Of a DNA stretch of 64,000 nt, positions 40,339 to 48,892 are shown piece by piece. The translations under genes were made by a program, and so were the position numbers. The DNA is from an uncultured Verrucomicrobiae bacterium (lineage in GTDB: Bacteria; Verrucomicrobiota; Verrucomicrobiia; Chthoniobacterales; UBA10450), in contig CAVWPA010000003.1 in assembly GCA_963756875.1 (NCBI GenBank), positions 64,001 to 128,000 of the forward strand, in the 5' to 3' direction. Numbering within the stretch: position 1 is the first letter of the stretch; every line of letters starts with the position of its first letter. The notes beneath the pieces were generated by a model. The model ran no database searches. It had not been told where the DNA came from and worked only from the letters and a program-made list of their open reading frames with translations.

Positions 40339-41550
40339 ATGAAACTTTCGATCCGTGACGTCGATGTTCGCGGCAAGCGCGTCCTTGTCCGCGTCGATTT
40401 CAATGTGCCGATCGCGGAGCGCGACGGAAAAATCACGATCACCGACGACACGCGGATTCGCGAAAGTTTGCCGACCATCAATTATCTGCGGGAACACCGC
40501 GCCAGGACGATTTTGATGTCGCATCTTGGGCGGCCAAAAGGAAAACGTGTCGACAAATATACGCTGCGGCCCATTGCCGACCATTTGCACGCGCTGATCG
40601 ATCAACCGGTGATTTTCAGTCACGACACGCTGGGCGAAGTGCCGCAACAAATTATCGAGCACATGCAGGAAGGCGATGTGGCCCTGCTTCAAAATTTGCG
40701 CTTCCAGCCCGGAGAAGAAGCCAACGATCCAAAGTTCGCCGAAGCACTTGCGAAATTCGGCGATATCTACGTGAACGACGCCTTCGGCGCGGCGCATCGC
40801 GCGCATGCATCGACTACGGGTGTCACGAAATTCATCAAAACATGCGCGATGGGTTTCCTAATGGAGAAGGAACTGAAATATCTCCACGAAGAACTTGATC
40901 GCCCTGCCAAACCGTTCCTCGTCATCATGGGCGGCGCGAAGGTATCGGACAAGATTGGCGTTCTTAAAGCGCTCATGGAAAAGGCAGACACAATTCTGAT
41001 CGGCGGCGCGATGGCGAACACGTTTTTCAAGGCGCAGGGGATTCCGATTGGAGCAAGTCGCGTTGAAGCGGATAAAACCGGTCTGGCAAACGAACTGATC
41101 GAGCTTGCCACAAAGCGCGGTGTGAAGTTGGTCCTGCCGGTCGATGTTTTGGAAGCGAAGGATATTCGCACTGGCGCGGAAACACGGAATACGCCGCGTT
41201 TGTCGCCGCAGAAAGGGATCGACGATGGCTGGCAGGCAGTCGATGCCGGCAGTGCGACCATTGCGCTCTTCCGGGAGGAAATCGCAAAAGCCAAAACGAT
41301 TTTATGGAACGGGCCGCTCGGGATTTTTGAAATCCCGGATTTCGGGCGTGGCACAACCGCGATTGCCGAAGCCATGGCAAAATCGAATGCGACTACGATC
41401 ATCGGCGGCGGCGACTCGGTGACCGCGGTAAAGCAGGCCGGGCTCGCAGACAAAATGACATTCATCTCGACCGGCGGCGGCGCGTCGCTGGAATTACTCG
41501 AAGGAAAAGAGTTGCCCGGCGTCGCGGCGCTAACGGACAAGAAATCATGA
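40339..41550 (+). CDS. pgk: Phosphoglycerate kinase
   Basis: RVDFNVP, SHLGRPKG, NDAFGAAHR, GGAKVSDKI and STGGGASLE. Confidence 0.98.
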   Translation: MKLSIRDVDVRGKRVLVRVDFNVPIAERDGKITITDDTRIRESLPTINYLREHRARTILMSHLGRPKGKRVDKYTLRPIADHLHALIDQPVIFSHDTLGEVPQQIIEHMQEGDVALLQNLRFQPGEEANDPKFAEALAKFGDIYVNDAFGAAHRAHASTTGVTKFIKTCAMGFLMEKELKYLHEELDRPAKPFLVIMGGAKVSDKIGVLKALMEKADTILIGGAMANTFFKAQGIPIGASRVEADKTGLANELIELATKRGVKLVLPVDVLEAKDIRTGAETRNTPRLSPQKGIDDGWQAVDAGSATIALFREEIAKAKTILWNGPLGIFEIPDFGRGTTAIAEAMAKSNATTIIGGGDSVTAVKQAGLADKMTFISTGGGASLELLEGKELPGVAALTDKKS

Positions 41551-41565
41551 AAATAACAGGTGCGC

Positions 41566-41617
41566 TTGCAGGGCGTCTGTGTCAGACGCCTTGGCGTTTC
41601 ACAGAAACGCCCTACAA
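41566..41617. repeat. GTAG REP-like doublet between pgk and tpiA
   Basis: TTGCAGGGCGTCTGTGTCAGACGCC-TT-GGCGTTTCACAGAAACGCCCTACAA. Confidence 0.75.
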
Positions 41618-41635
41618 TGAGGCGGACGTTTCGTG

Positions 41636-42409
41636 ATGCGAAAGAAGATCGTTGCCGCCAACTGGAAGATGAATATGACGCAGGAAGAGTCTGCGCATTT
41701 TGTCGAATCGTTGCTTCTCGACCTGGGCGACATCTCCGATGTGGAAGTGGTGATCGTTCCGCCCTTCACGGCGATTGCCAGGGTTGCCCAGTCGCTCGGC
41801 AAGGCGCAAAACATTAAGGTCGGCGCGCAGAACATGTACTGGGAGCACAATGGCGCGTTTACCGGCGAGATCAGCGCGGCGTTGTTGCGCGACTTATATG
41901 TGCGTTACGTCGTGCTCGGTCATAGCGAACGCCGTTCCCTGTTCCGCGAGACGGACGAAATCGTGAACCGAAAAGTCCGGGCCGCGCATGAAGCGGCTCT
42001 TCGGCCGATCGTCTGTGTTGGAGAGACATTGGCCCAACGTGAAAAGGGTAACGTCGAAAAAATCCTGTCGATCCAACTGCGCGCCAGTCTCAAGGACCTG
42101 GGCGAAAAGGAACTGCAGGAAACGGTAATCGCCTACGAACCGGTCTGGGCCATCGGCACCGGCCGCGTGGCCACGCCGGACCAGGCGCAGAGCGCGCACG
42201 CCTTCATTCGACAAATACTTGTAAAAATCTCCGACGAGGCGACGGCCGACCGCATGCGCATCCAGTACGGCGGCTCCGTGAAACCGGAGAACGCACGCGA
42301 GCTGATGACTCAGCCGGACATCGACGGCGCCCTGGTCGGCGGCGCCAGCCTCGATCCGCGCAGCTTCGCCGAAATTGTCAAAGCGGCGCGCGACGAAGAA
42401 TCGTCGTAG
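41636..42409 (+). CDS. tpiA: Triosephosphate isomerase
   Basis: ANWKMN, GHSERR, AYEPVWAIGTG, YGGSV and LVGGASL. Confidence 0.98.
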   Translation: MRKKIVAANWKMNMTQEESAHFVESLLLDLGDISDVEVVIVPPFTAIARVAQSLGKAQNIKVGAQNMYWEHNGAFTGEISAALLRDLYVRYVVLGHSERRSLFRETDEIVNRKVRAAHEAALRPIVCVGETLAQREKGNVEKILSIQLRASLKDLGEKELQETVIAYEPVWAIGTGRVATPDQAQSAHAFIRQILVKISDEATADRMRIQYGGSVKPENARELMTQPDIDGALVGGASLDPRSFAEIVKAARDEESS

Positions 42410-42453
42410 CCGCTTCGCTCGGGGGGACACGGCGACAGAGCGCCGTGGCTACA
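42405..42453. repeat. GTAG REP-like doublet overlapping the tpiA stop
   Basis: CGTAGCCGCTTCGCT...ACGGCGACAGAGCGCCGTGGCTACA; the TAG of GTAG is the tpiA stop. Confidence 0.7.
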
Positions 42454-42456
42454 AAT

Positions 42457-43212
42457 TTATTTTTTAATTTCCAGATAAGTGCGAGATAGCACGTGGTTTG
42501 TGCCGGGCTTCAATTGTTCGATGCGCATTTGTTTCAGAAACCAGCGGTTGTCGATTTTCTGCGCCGAGACGACTTCGAATCGTTTCAACAGTTGCCCCTT
42601 CCAATCGTAACCTTCCATCCGCATGAGCGCGCCGCTCTGCTTGTCTACCCACAGAAACACGTTTGAGTATTGCGACTCGCGCGACGGCGCATGCAATTGC
42701 AATTTCCAGCAATTGCGCGTGCGCACGTTTTCCTCGCCCAAAACGCGCGCATTTGGCCAATAAAGAAATCTAAGCGCGAGATCGCCGTAGGTAACTCCGG
42801 TGCCGCGAATGTCCTCACTGAACTTCGAGGCTGTGAATTTTTCCTTGTCGCCGCCGGATACCAGATCGAGACGGGAGCCATGTTCGCCCAATCGCAATTG
42901 CAACACCTGGTCGGGGTTGGAAAACACGTAACGGATGATCGGGCCGTCCTGAATGAGCCGAAACGGGACCACGGTGTCGTTTTGACGAAGCTGCCCTTGC
43001 AAATCGAGATGCTGCTGCGACTCCAGCATGCGGACCGAATCGAGCACCTCTTTCGCGGAAGGAACCGCGCCGCCGTAAACCGGCAGCGAAACAAGAGCCA
43101 AAGCAATGACGAACGAAGCTCGAATGCTCAAATGATCACAAAATGATGGCCGCGCCTTTCGCCAGGTGGACTTCTTTGTTTCCTTCGTCATTAGACATTC
43201 GTCATTCGTCAT
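42457..43212 (-). CDS. LolA-like outer-membrane lipoprotein-sorting protein, start uncertain
   Basis: IRGTGVTYGDL, SQYSNVFLWVDK and YDWKGQLLKRFEV. Confidence 0.7.
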   Translation of the reverse strand: MTNDECLMTKETKKSTWRKARPSFCDHLSIRASFVIALALVSLPVYGGAVPSAKEVLDSVRMLESQQHLDLQGQLRQNDTVVPFRLIQDGPIIRYVFSNPDQVLQLRLGEHGSRLDLVSGGDKEKFTASKFSEDIRGTGVTYGDLALRFLYWPNARVLGEENVRTRNCWKLQLHAPSRESQYSNVFLWVDKQSGALMRMEGYDWKGQLLKRFEVVSAQKIDNRWFLKQMRIEQLKPGTNHVLSRTYLEIKK

Positions 43213-43220
43213 TGATCATT
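43105..43220. repeat. Inverted AATGACG-type heptamer arrays
   Basis: AATGACGAACGAAGCTCG AATGCTCA AATGA ... TTCGTCA TTAGACA TTCGTCA TTCGTCA TTGATCA TT. Confidence 0.75.
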
Positions 43221-43273
43221 CTGACTTAAAACCGCGGACTTTAAAGTTAAGCTTCCTCCTCGCATTCAGACAC

Positions 43274-43927
43274 ATGGATCAAGCCCTGTTTCATCTTATC
43301 AACGAGCAATGGACGAATCCCGCGCTCGATTTGTTCATGGCTGCGATGAGCAATATTAATATCTGGCGGCCGGTGCTGATCGCGGCCGGAGTGGCCGTAC
43401 TTTTCCTTGGCGGATTCAAGGCGCGGGCCTGCCTTCTCTGTTTGATGGTGGCTCTGTTAATCTCGGTGCAAGTCACCCGCGTTCTGAAACTGGTGGTCGA
43501 CCGGCACCGTCCCAAACAGGTGGAACGCGTCCGCATGGTCCAGCTGCAGAAAGCGCAGCCGGAATTCATGACGCTGTTTAAAAAGCCGACGATCCGCTAT
43601 TCGGATGAAACCGATCGCAACCGCTCCGGCCCGTCGTTCCCGTCGGGACACATGACAAACAACACAGTGGCTGCGGTTTGCCTGACGCTCTTTTACCGGC
43701 GACGCGGCGCGCTTTACTGGATTATCACCGCCGCGGTTGGCTATTCGCGAATTTATCTGGGAGCGCACTGGCCGACTGACATCATCGGCACTCTTTTCCT
43801 TGCTGTCGGTGAAGCGCTTCTCATCGTTGCCGCGCTCGAATTCGTCTGGCGACGGGTCGCGCCAAAATGGGCACCGCAGATGTTTGCGAGTCATCCAAGT
43901 TTGTTTGCCGATTCAACGCGACGATGA
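43274..43927 (+). CDS. PAP2-family phosphatase
   Basis: KLVVDRHRP, SFPSGH and SRIYLGAHWPTD. Confidence 0.9.
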   Translation: MDQALFHLINEQWTNPALDLFMAAMSNINIWRPVLIAAGVAVLFLGGFKARACLLCLMVALLISVQVTRVLKLVVDRHRPKQVERVRMVQLQKAQPEFMTLFKKPTIRYSDETDRNRSGPSFPSGHMTNNTVAAVCLTLFYRRRGALYWIITAAVGYSRIYLGAHWPTDIIGTLFLAVGEALLIVAALEFVWRRVAPKWAPQMFASHPSLFADSTRR

Positions 43928-45504
43928 ACACAAGACGTGCCGTCTGGCTCTTCATCATCATCCTGACCGTCATTCGATGGTCGATGCTGGCGACAACCGA
44001 CCTGGAATTCGACGAGGCCTATTATTGGATGTGGTCGAATCATCTGGCCCCCGCTTATTTCAGCAAGGGACCGGGCGTGGCGTTCGCCATTCGCGCCAGC
44101 ACAGCTGTCTTCGGCAATAACGAATTTGGCGTTCGCTTTTTCAGCCCGCTCCTCGCAGCGGGAACAAGTTTGCTTCTTTTTTATTTCGCGAGGCGGCTGT
44201 TCAACGAGACCGCCGGCTTGTGGGCCGTGATCGCCTTGAACGTAACGCCGATATTCAACATCGGCGCAATCCTGATGACGATCGATCCGTTATCGATCTT
44301 TTTCTGGACGGCCGCGATGTTTACCTTCTGGCTCGCGTGTGAACGGAGCCCCGAATTTTCGTGGTTTTGGCCGATAACCGGTCTGCTCATCGGTCTTGGA
44401 TTTTTATGCAAATACACGAACGCCCTTGAGATCGTTTCGGTTTTGCTCGTGCTCGCCCTGGCGCCGCGCCTGCGCCCGGAGTTCAAGCGACCGGGCCTCT
44501 ATTGGCTGCTGGGGCTCTTTTGTCTGTCTACGGTCCCGCCCATTGTGTGGAACGCGCGCCACGCGTGGATAACGCTGATCCACCTTCGCTCGCGCGGGAG
44601 TCTCGAACACGGTTTCGGCCTCCACCCACTGGAGGCGCTAAAATTTCTTGGCGAGCATTTCGTCGTTTACTCGCCGCTCCTTTTTCTTGCGCTCGCCTGG
44701 GGGGTGATCGGAATTTCGCGGCGGATTAATCAGCAATTCAAGGTGCTTTTTCTTTTTTGGTTTGGGGCGCCCGTTTTCTTCTTTTATCTGCTCCTCTCGC
44801 TAAACAAGGCGGCCGCGCCGAATTGGGACGCGCTGTCATTTCTCAGCTTTGGCTTGCTTGCGATCTATTTCTGGCGCGAACGCCTGGAGAAACGGACGGC
44901 TCTGAGACAATGGGCGGCCGTGGCGCTGCTTCTTGGCCTTTTTACGAGCATGCTTGCCATCGACACAGACGTGATCCGCACCGCTGGACTTCGATTCCGC
45001 CGAAAAGATCCAAGCGATCGGATGCGCGGCTGGAAATCGGCCACAGCAGAGGTCGAGCGTATCCGCAAGGACATGGAAACAAGACTTGGCGAAAAACTGT
45101 TCCTGATTGCCGACGAACGCGATCGCGCCTCGGAAATTTCCTTCTATCTGCGCGATAAAGAGCGGGAAGGACCCAAGCATCCGCCAGTTTACATTGTGGA
45201 GTCGCAGGATTTGGTGAACGAGTTTTCCTTCTGGCCCCGCTATGATGAATTTGTGGCGGCTCCGGTCAAGGCGCCCGAAGCGCCCGGTTTGGACACCTAC
45301 ACGGAGGAGAAAGGAGTCAATCTGTTCACAGGGCGCAGTGCGCTGTTTATCCGCGGCCACGAGGGCCGATACTTGCCGCACAACATCCGCGCCGCATTTC
45401 AATCGACCGAACCGGTCGGCACCATCAGGGTGCTAAGATTCGGAAAGGTCCTGCGAATTTGGCAGATTTTCCTATGCAGGAACTATCACACGCTTCCGTT
45501 ATGA
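43924..45504 (+). CDS. GT-C glycosyltransferase (ArnT/GT83/GT39-like)
   Basis: DEAYYW, YFSKGPG, EFGVRF, MTID and GFLCKY; many TM segments; ATGA overlap with the previous gene. Confidence 0.88.
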   Translation: MNTRRAVWLFIIILTVIRWSMLATTDLEFDEAYYWMWSNHLAPAYFSKGPGVAFAIRASTAVFGNNEFGVRFFSPLLAAGTSLLLFYFARRLFNETAGLWAVIALNVTPIFNIGAILMTIDPLSIFFWTAAMFTFWLACERSPEFSWFWPITGLLIGLGFLCKYTNALEIVSVLLVLALAPRLRPEFKRPGLYWLLGLFCLSTVPPIVWNARHAWITLIHLRSRGSLEHGFGLHPLEALKFLGEHFVVYSPLLFLALAWGVIGISRRINQQFKVLFLFWFGAPVFFFYLLLSLNKAAAPNWDALSFLSFGLLAIYFWRERLEKRTALRQWAAVALLLGLFTSMLAIDTDVIRTAGLRFRRKDPSDRMRGWKSATAEVERIRKDMETRLGEKLFLIADERDRASEISFYLRDKEREGPKHPPVYIVESQDLVNEFSFWPRYDEFVAAPVKAPEAPGLDTYTEEKGVNLFTGRSALFIRGHEGRYLPHNIRAAFQSTEPVGTIRVLRFGKVLRIWQIFLCRNYHTLPL

Positions 45505-46217
45505 GCGACGCGGCGAATTCACCGGCGATTTCCGTCGTTGTCCCGGTCTTCAACGAGGAAGAAAATATCTCGATCCTGCAATCGGAGTTGCGAGCGGCGC
45601 TTTCCGGGCGCGATTACGAAATCATTTTTGTCGACGACGGCTCGACCGATCGCACGGCTGAGCGCATCGAAGATGCGCCCCAGGTTCGAATATTGCGTTT
45701 CGAGAAAAATGCGGGGCAGAGTGCCGCCCTGTATGCCGGATCAAAGGCGGCCCGCGGCAAAACGGTTGTCCTGATTGACGGCGATCTGCAAAACGACCCG
45801 GCCGATATCCCGCGGCTACTGGCCGAAATCGATCGCGGAGCCGATCTTGTTTGCGGCTTTCGTGCAAAGCGCAAAGATACAACGGTAAAACGCCTAACGA
45901 GCAGGGTAGCGAATTTCGTGCGCAGCCGATACACAAAGGACGGGGTGCGGGACACCGGCTGCACGTTGAAAGCGATGCGGCGCGAGTGCGTCGAGGCGCT
46001 CGTTCCATTCAAGGGAATGCACCGATTCATTCCGGCTCTGGTTAAAGGCGCGGGCTATCGAATTGTCGAGACCCCGGTAAACCATCGGCCGCGCCGTTTC
46101 GGGCGAAGCAAGTATGGATTGGGAAATCGTGCGTTGCGCGCCACAGCCGACATGTTCGGCGTGCGATGGCTTCTGTCGCGGAGATTGAATTACAAACTTC
46201 GTCAGCGCGAACGGTGA
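45501..46217 (+). CDS. GT2 polyprenol-phosphate glycosyltransferase (ArnC/DPM1-like)
   Basis: VVPVFNEEEN, VDDGSTD, DGDLQNDP, DTGCTLK and HRFIP. Confidence 0.9.
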   Translation: MSDAANSPAISVVVPVFNEEENISILQSELRAALSGRDYEIIFVDDGSTDRTAERIEDAPQVRILRFEKNAGQSAALYAGSKAARGKTVVLIDGDLQNDPADIPRLLAEIDRGADLVCGFRAKRKDTTVKRLTSRVANFVRSRYTKDGVRDTGCTLKAMRRECVEALVPFKGMHRFIPALVKGAGYRIVETPVNHRPRRFGRSKYGLGNRALRATADMFGVRWLLSRRLNYKLRQRER

Positions 46218-46268
46218 AGAGCTTCTTCTCGCAACAGGGCCAGTGTCTGGGAAATTGGCGTGAGCGCA

Positions 46269-46323
46269 CCCTCACCGGGCGCTTCGCGTCCTCCTCTCCC
46301 TGAGGAGAGGAACGAGGTGAGGG
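46269..46323. repeat. CCCTCACC...GGTGAGGG palindromic element
   Basis: CCCTCACCGGGCGCTTCGCGTCCTCCTCTCCCTGAGGAGAGGAACGAGGTGAGGG. Confidence 0.7.
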
Positions 46324-46444
46324 CCCGCTTTCCAGATGGCAGCCCATAAATGGCCAGCATTACGCGCAGCGGTTCGAAATATCCAAAATGCCTTGTCAAG
46401 CTGGATGCTCCCGGTAAACTTTCGCTCCCACTGGGGATCTCCGT

Positions 46445-46912
46445 ATGTCGTTGGGCAATTTACTATCTTCCGAACAAATTATTCCCGAGATGAAGGCGAC
46501 CGAACGCTGGCCGGCCATCGTCGAGTTGATCGATTTGCTCGTTAGCCTGGGCAAAATCAAGGCGGACGCGCGCGACAGCATTCTCGCGTCGCTCAAGCAA
46601 CGCGAAGAGACCATGAGCACCGGGATTGGTTTTGGCATCGCCATCCCGCACTGTTCGTCCGACCGGCTCGACGAAGTCGTGGCCGCATTTGGAAGATCGA
46701 GCACCGGGATCGAGTTCGACGCGCTCGACAACGCGCCGGTCAAATTTGTCGTTCTTTTCATTGTGCCGAAGAACCAGTTCCAAACGCACCTGCGCACGCT
46801 CGCCTCGATCGCGAAGTTTCTGAACGATCGCGCCACGCGTGAGCGCCTCGCGAAGGCGACATCGACCGACGAGATTTTGTCGATCTTTCGCGATTCCGGT
46901 AAAACTGAATAA
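46445..46912 (+). CDS. PTS IIA domain protein (PtsN/fructose-type)
   Basis: REETMSTGIGFGIAIPH, GIEFDALDNAPV and HLRTLASIAK. Confidence 0.9.
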   Translation: MSLGNLLSSEQIIPEMKATERWPAIVELIDLLVSLGKIKADARDSILASLKQREETMSTGIGFGIAIPHCSSDRLDEVVAAFGRSSTGIEFDALDNAPVKFVVLFIVPKNQFQTHLRTLASIAKFLNDRATRERLAKATSTDEILSIFRDSGKTE

Positions 46913-46913
46913 C

Positions 46914-46995
46914 CTGTAGCCGCCGATCTTCGGCCGGCGCGATGCGCGGGTGTTAGCAATGTCAGCGTTTCGCTCGCCGCGGTGAGCGGCTACAG
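46914..46995. repeat. GTAG REP-like doublet upstream of argS
   Basis: CTGTAGCCGCCGATCTTCGGCCGGCG...CGCTCGCCGCGGTGAGCGGCTACAG. Confidence 0.75.
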
Positions 46996-47008
46996 TTGCC
47001 TCGAATTC

Positions 47009-48769
47009 ATGGAAACGTTCCAATCAATTCTCGCCAGACGGCTGAGCGATTCGCTCGCGAAGGCAGGGTTGCCCGGCCCCGGCGAATTGACGCAGGCAGC
47101 GGATCCGCGCTTTGGCGACTATCAGACAAATGCCGCGCTCGTACTCGCGAAGCAACGCGGTGAAAATCCACGAGACGTCGCCGCGAAGATTCTCGCGCAA
47201 CTGGATGTCGGCGATATTTGCCAGCCGCCAACCGTAGCAGGAGCCGGGTTTATCAATTTTACTCTGCGCCCGGAAGCCGCGGCGGAGAAGACTGCCGCGC
47301 TCCTTAAAGACGAAAGGCTTGGCGTTGCCGGAGCGGCATCGCCCAGACGAATCGTGGTCGATTTTGGGTCGCCCAACGTGGCGAAACCGATGCATGTCGG
47401 TCACATCCGCAGCACAGTGCTCGGCGACACGCTCGCTCGCATCGCGACGTTTCTCGGCCACGAAGTCATTCGCGACAACCACATCGGCGATTGGGGCACG
47501 CAATTTGGAATGGTAATTTGGGGCTGGAAAAATCTGCTGGACCGGCGAGCACTGGAACGCGATCCCGTGGCGGAAATTGTTCGGATCTACAAGGAGACCA
47601 ACGAACGATCGACGGCCGATCCCGCAATCCGCGAAGCGTGCCGCCAGGAATTGGTGAAGCTGCAGGCCGGCGACAAGGAAAACATCGACATCTGGAACGA
47701 ATGCGTGGCGCTCTCGATGCAGGGTTTTGAGCACGTTTACGAATTGCTCGACATTCATTACGACATCCAGTGCGGCGAAAGTTTTTATAACGACCGCCTG
47801 CCGGGCGTGGTCGAACGGCTGCTCAAATCCGGCATCGCCGAAGTGAGCGAGGGCGCGGTCTGTGTTTTCTTTCGCGATGTCCCGGAGCTGGCGGACAAAC
47901 CGTGCATCATTCGCAAACGCGACGGCGGATTCAATTATGCCACTAGCGATCTGGCGACGGTCGATTACCGCGTTAACGATTTAAAGGCAAATACCGTTTG
48001 GTACGTCGTCGGCGCACCGCAGGTCTTGCATTTCAAACAGATTTTCACGATTGCCCGGCGCGAAGGGTACACCGCGGATTTTCGCCACATTCCCTTTGGA
48101 AACATTCTGGGCGAAGACCGTAAGCTGATGAAAACGCGCTCGGGCGAGAACGTCCCCTTGCGGGATGTTCTGGAGGAAGCCCTCAAGCGTGCACGAAAGA
48201 TCATCGACGAAAAAAATCCTGACTTGAGCGAAGAGGAAAAAGCCGACGTCGCACAAAAAATCGGCATCGGCGCGGTTAAATATGCCGATCTCTCGCAATA
48301 TCGAATGACCGATTATGTTTTCTCCTGGGACAAAATGTTGTCGTTACAGGGGAACACTGCCCCGTACTTGCAAAACGCGTACGTGCGCATTCAATCGATT
48401 TTTCGAAAAGCAGGCGAAACCGCTGTAGCCACGCCCTTGCAGGGCGTTGAGAAAGAGACGGGCCACAGGCCCGTGGCTACAGTAACCGGCGCACTGACGC
48501 TGGTTGAATCTGCGGAGATCAATCTGGCAAAACGGTTATGCCAGTTCGCGGAAACGGTTCCGCAAGTGCTGAACGATTTTCGGCCGAATATTCTCGCCAA
48601 TTACCTGTTCGAACTGGCGAACAGCTTTCACACGTTTTACGAAGCCTGTCCGGTGTTGAAGTCGGCGGAACCGGCGCGCAGCTCGCGCCTGGCCCTTTGC
48701 GAGCTAAGCGCACGAGTCTTGCAATGCGGCCTCGGTTTGTTAGGCATTAAAGTGCCGGAGAAAATGTAG
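47009..48769 (+). CDS. argS: Arginine--tRNA ligase
   Basis: FGDYQTN, SPNVAKPMHVGH, HIGDWGTQFG, MKTRSG, GNTAPYLQNAYVRI and C-terminal VPEKM. Confidence 0.97.
   Translation: METFQSILARRLSDSLAKAGLPGPGELTQAADPRFGDYQTNAALVLAKQRGENPRDVAAKILAQLDVGDICQPPTVAGAGFINFTLRPEAAAEKTAALLKDERLGVAGAASPRRIVVDFGSPNVAKPMHVGHIRSTVLGDTLARIATFLGHEVIRDNHIGDWGTQFGMVIWGWKNLLDRRALERDPVAEIVRIYKETNERSTADPAIREACRQELVKLQAGDKENIDIWNECVALSMQGFEHVYELLDIHYDIQCGESFYNDRLPGVVERLLKSGIAEVSEGAVCVFFRDVPELADKPCIIRKRDGGFNYATSDLATVDYRVNDLKANTVWYVVGAPQVLHFKQIFTIARREGYTADFRHIPFGNILGEDRKLMKTRSGENVPLRDVLEEALKRARKIIDEKNPDLSEEEKADVAQKIGIGAVKYADLSQYRMTDYVFSWDKMLSLQGNTAPYLQNAYVRIQSIFRKAGETAVATPLQGVEKETGHRPVATVTGALTLVESAEINLAKRLCQFAETVPQVLNDFRPNILANYLFELANSFHTFYEACPVLKSAEPARSSRLALCELSARVLQCGLGLLGIKVPEKM
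48424..48481. repeat. GTAG REP-like doublet inside argS
   Basis: TGTAGCCACGCCCTTGCAGGGCGT-TGAGAAAGAG-ACGGGCCACAGGCCCGTGGCTACA. Confidence 0.85.
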
Positions 48770-48771
48770 AG

Positions 48772-48883
48772 AAAACGCCGGGCGCCCAACATCGAGCCCA
48801 AAGCCCGAACTGTTGCGCGACGTGCGATCGCAAGATTCTTTCATTGGGCGTTGGACGTTGGGCGTTGGGCGTTGGACGTTTTC
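48772..48883. repeat. Inverted AACGYYC heptamer arrays
   Basis: AACGCCG GGCGCCC AACATCG AGCCC... versus TTGGGCG TTGGACG TTGGGCG TTGGGCG TTGGACG TTTTC. Confidence 0.8.
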
Positions 48884-48892
48884 TTCCTGAAC

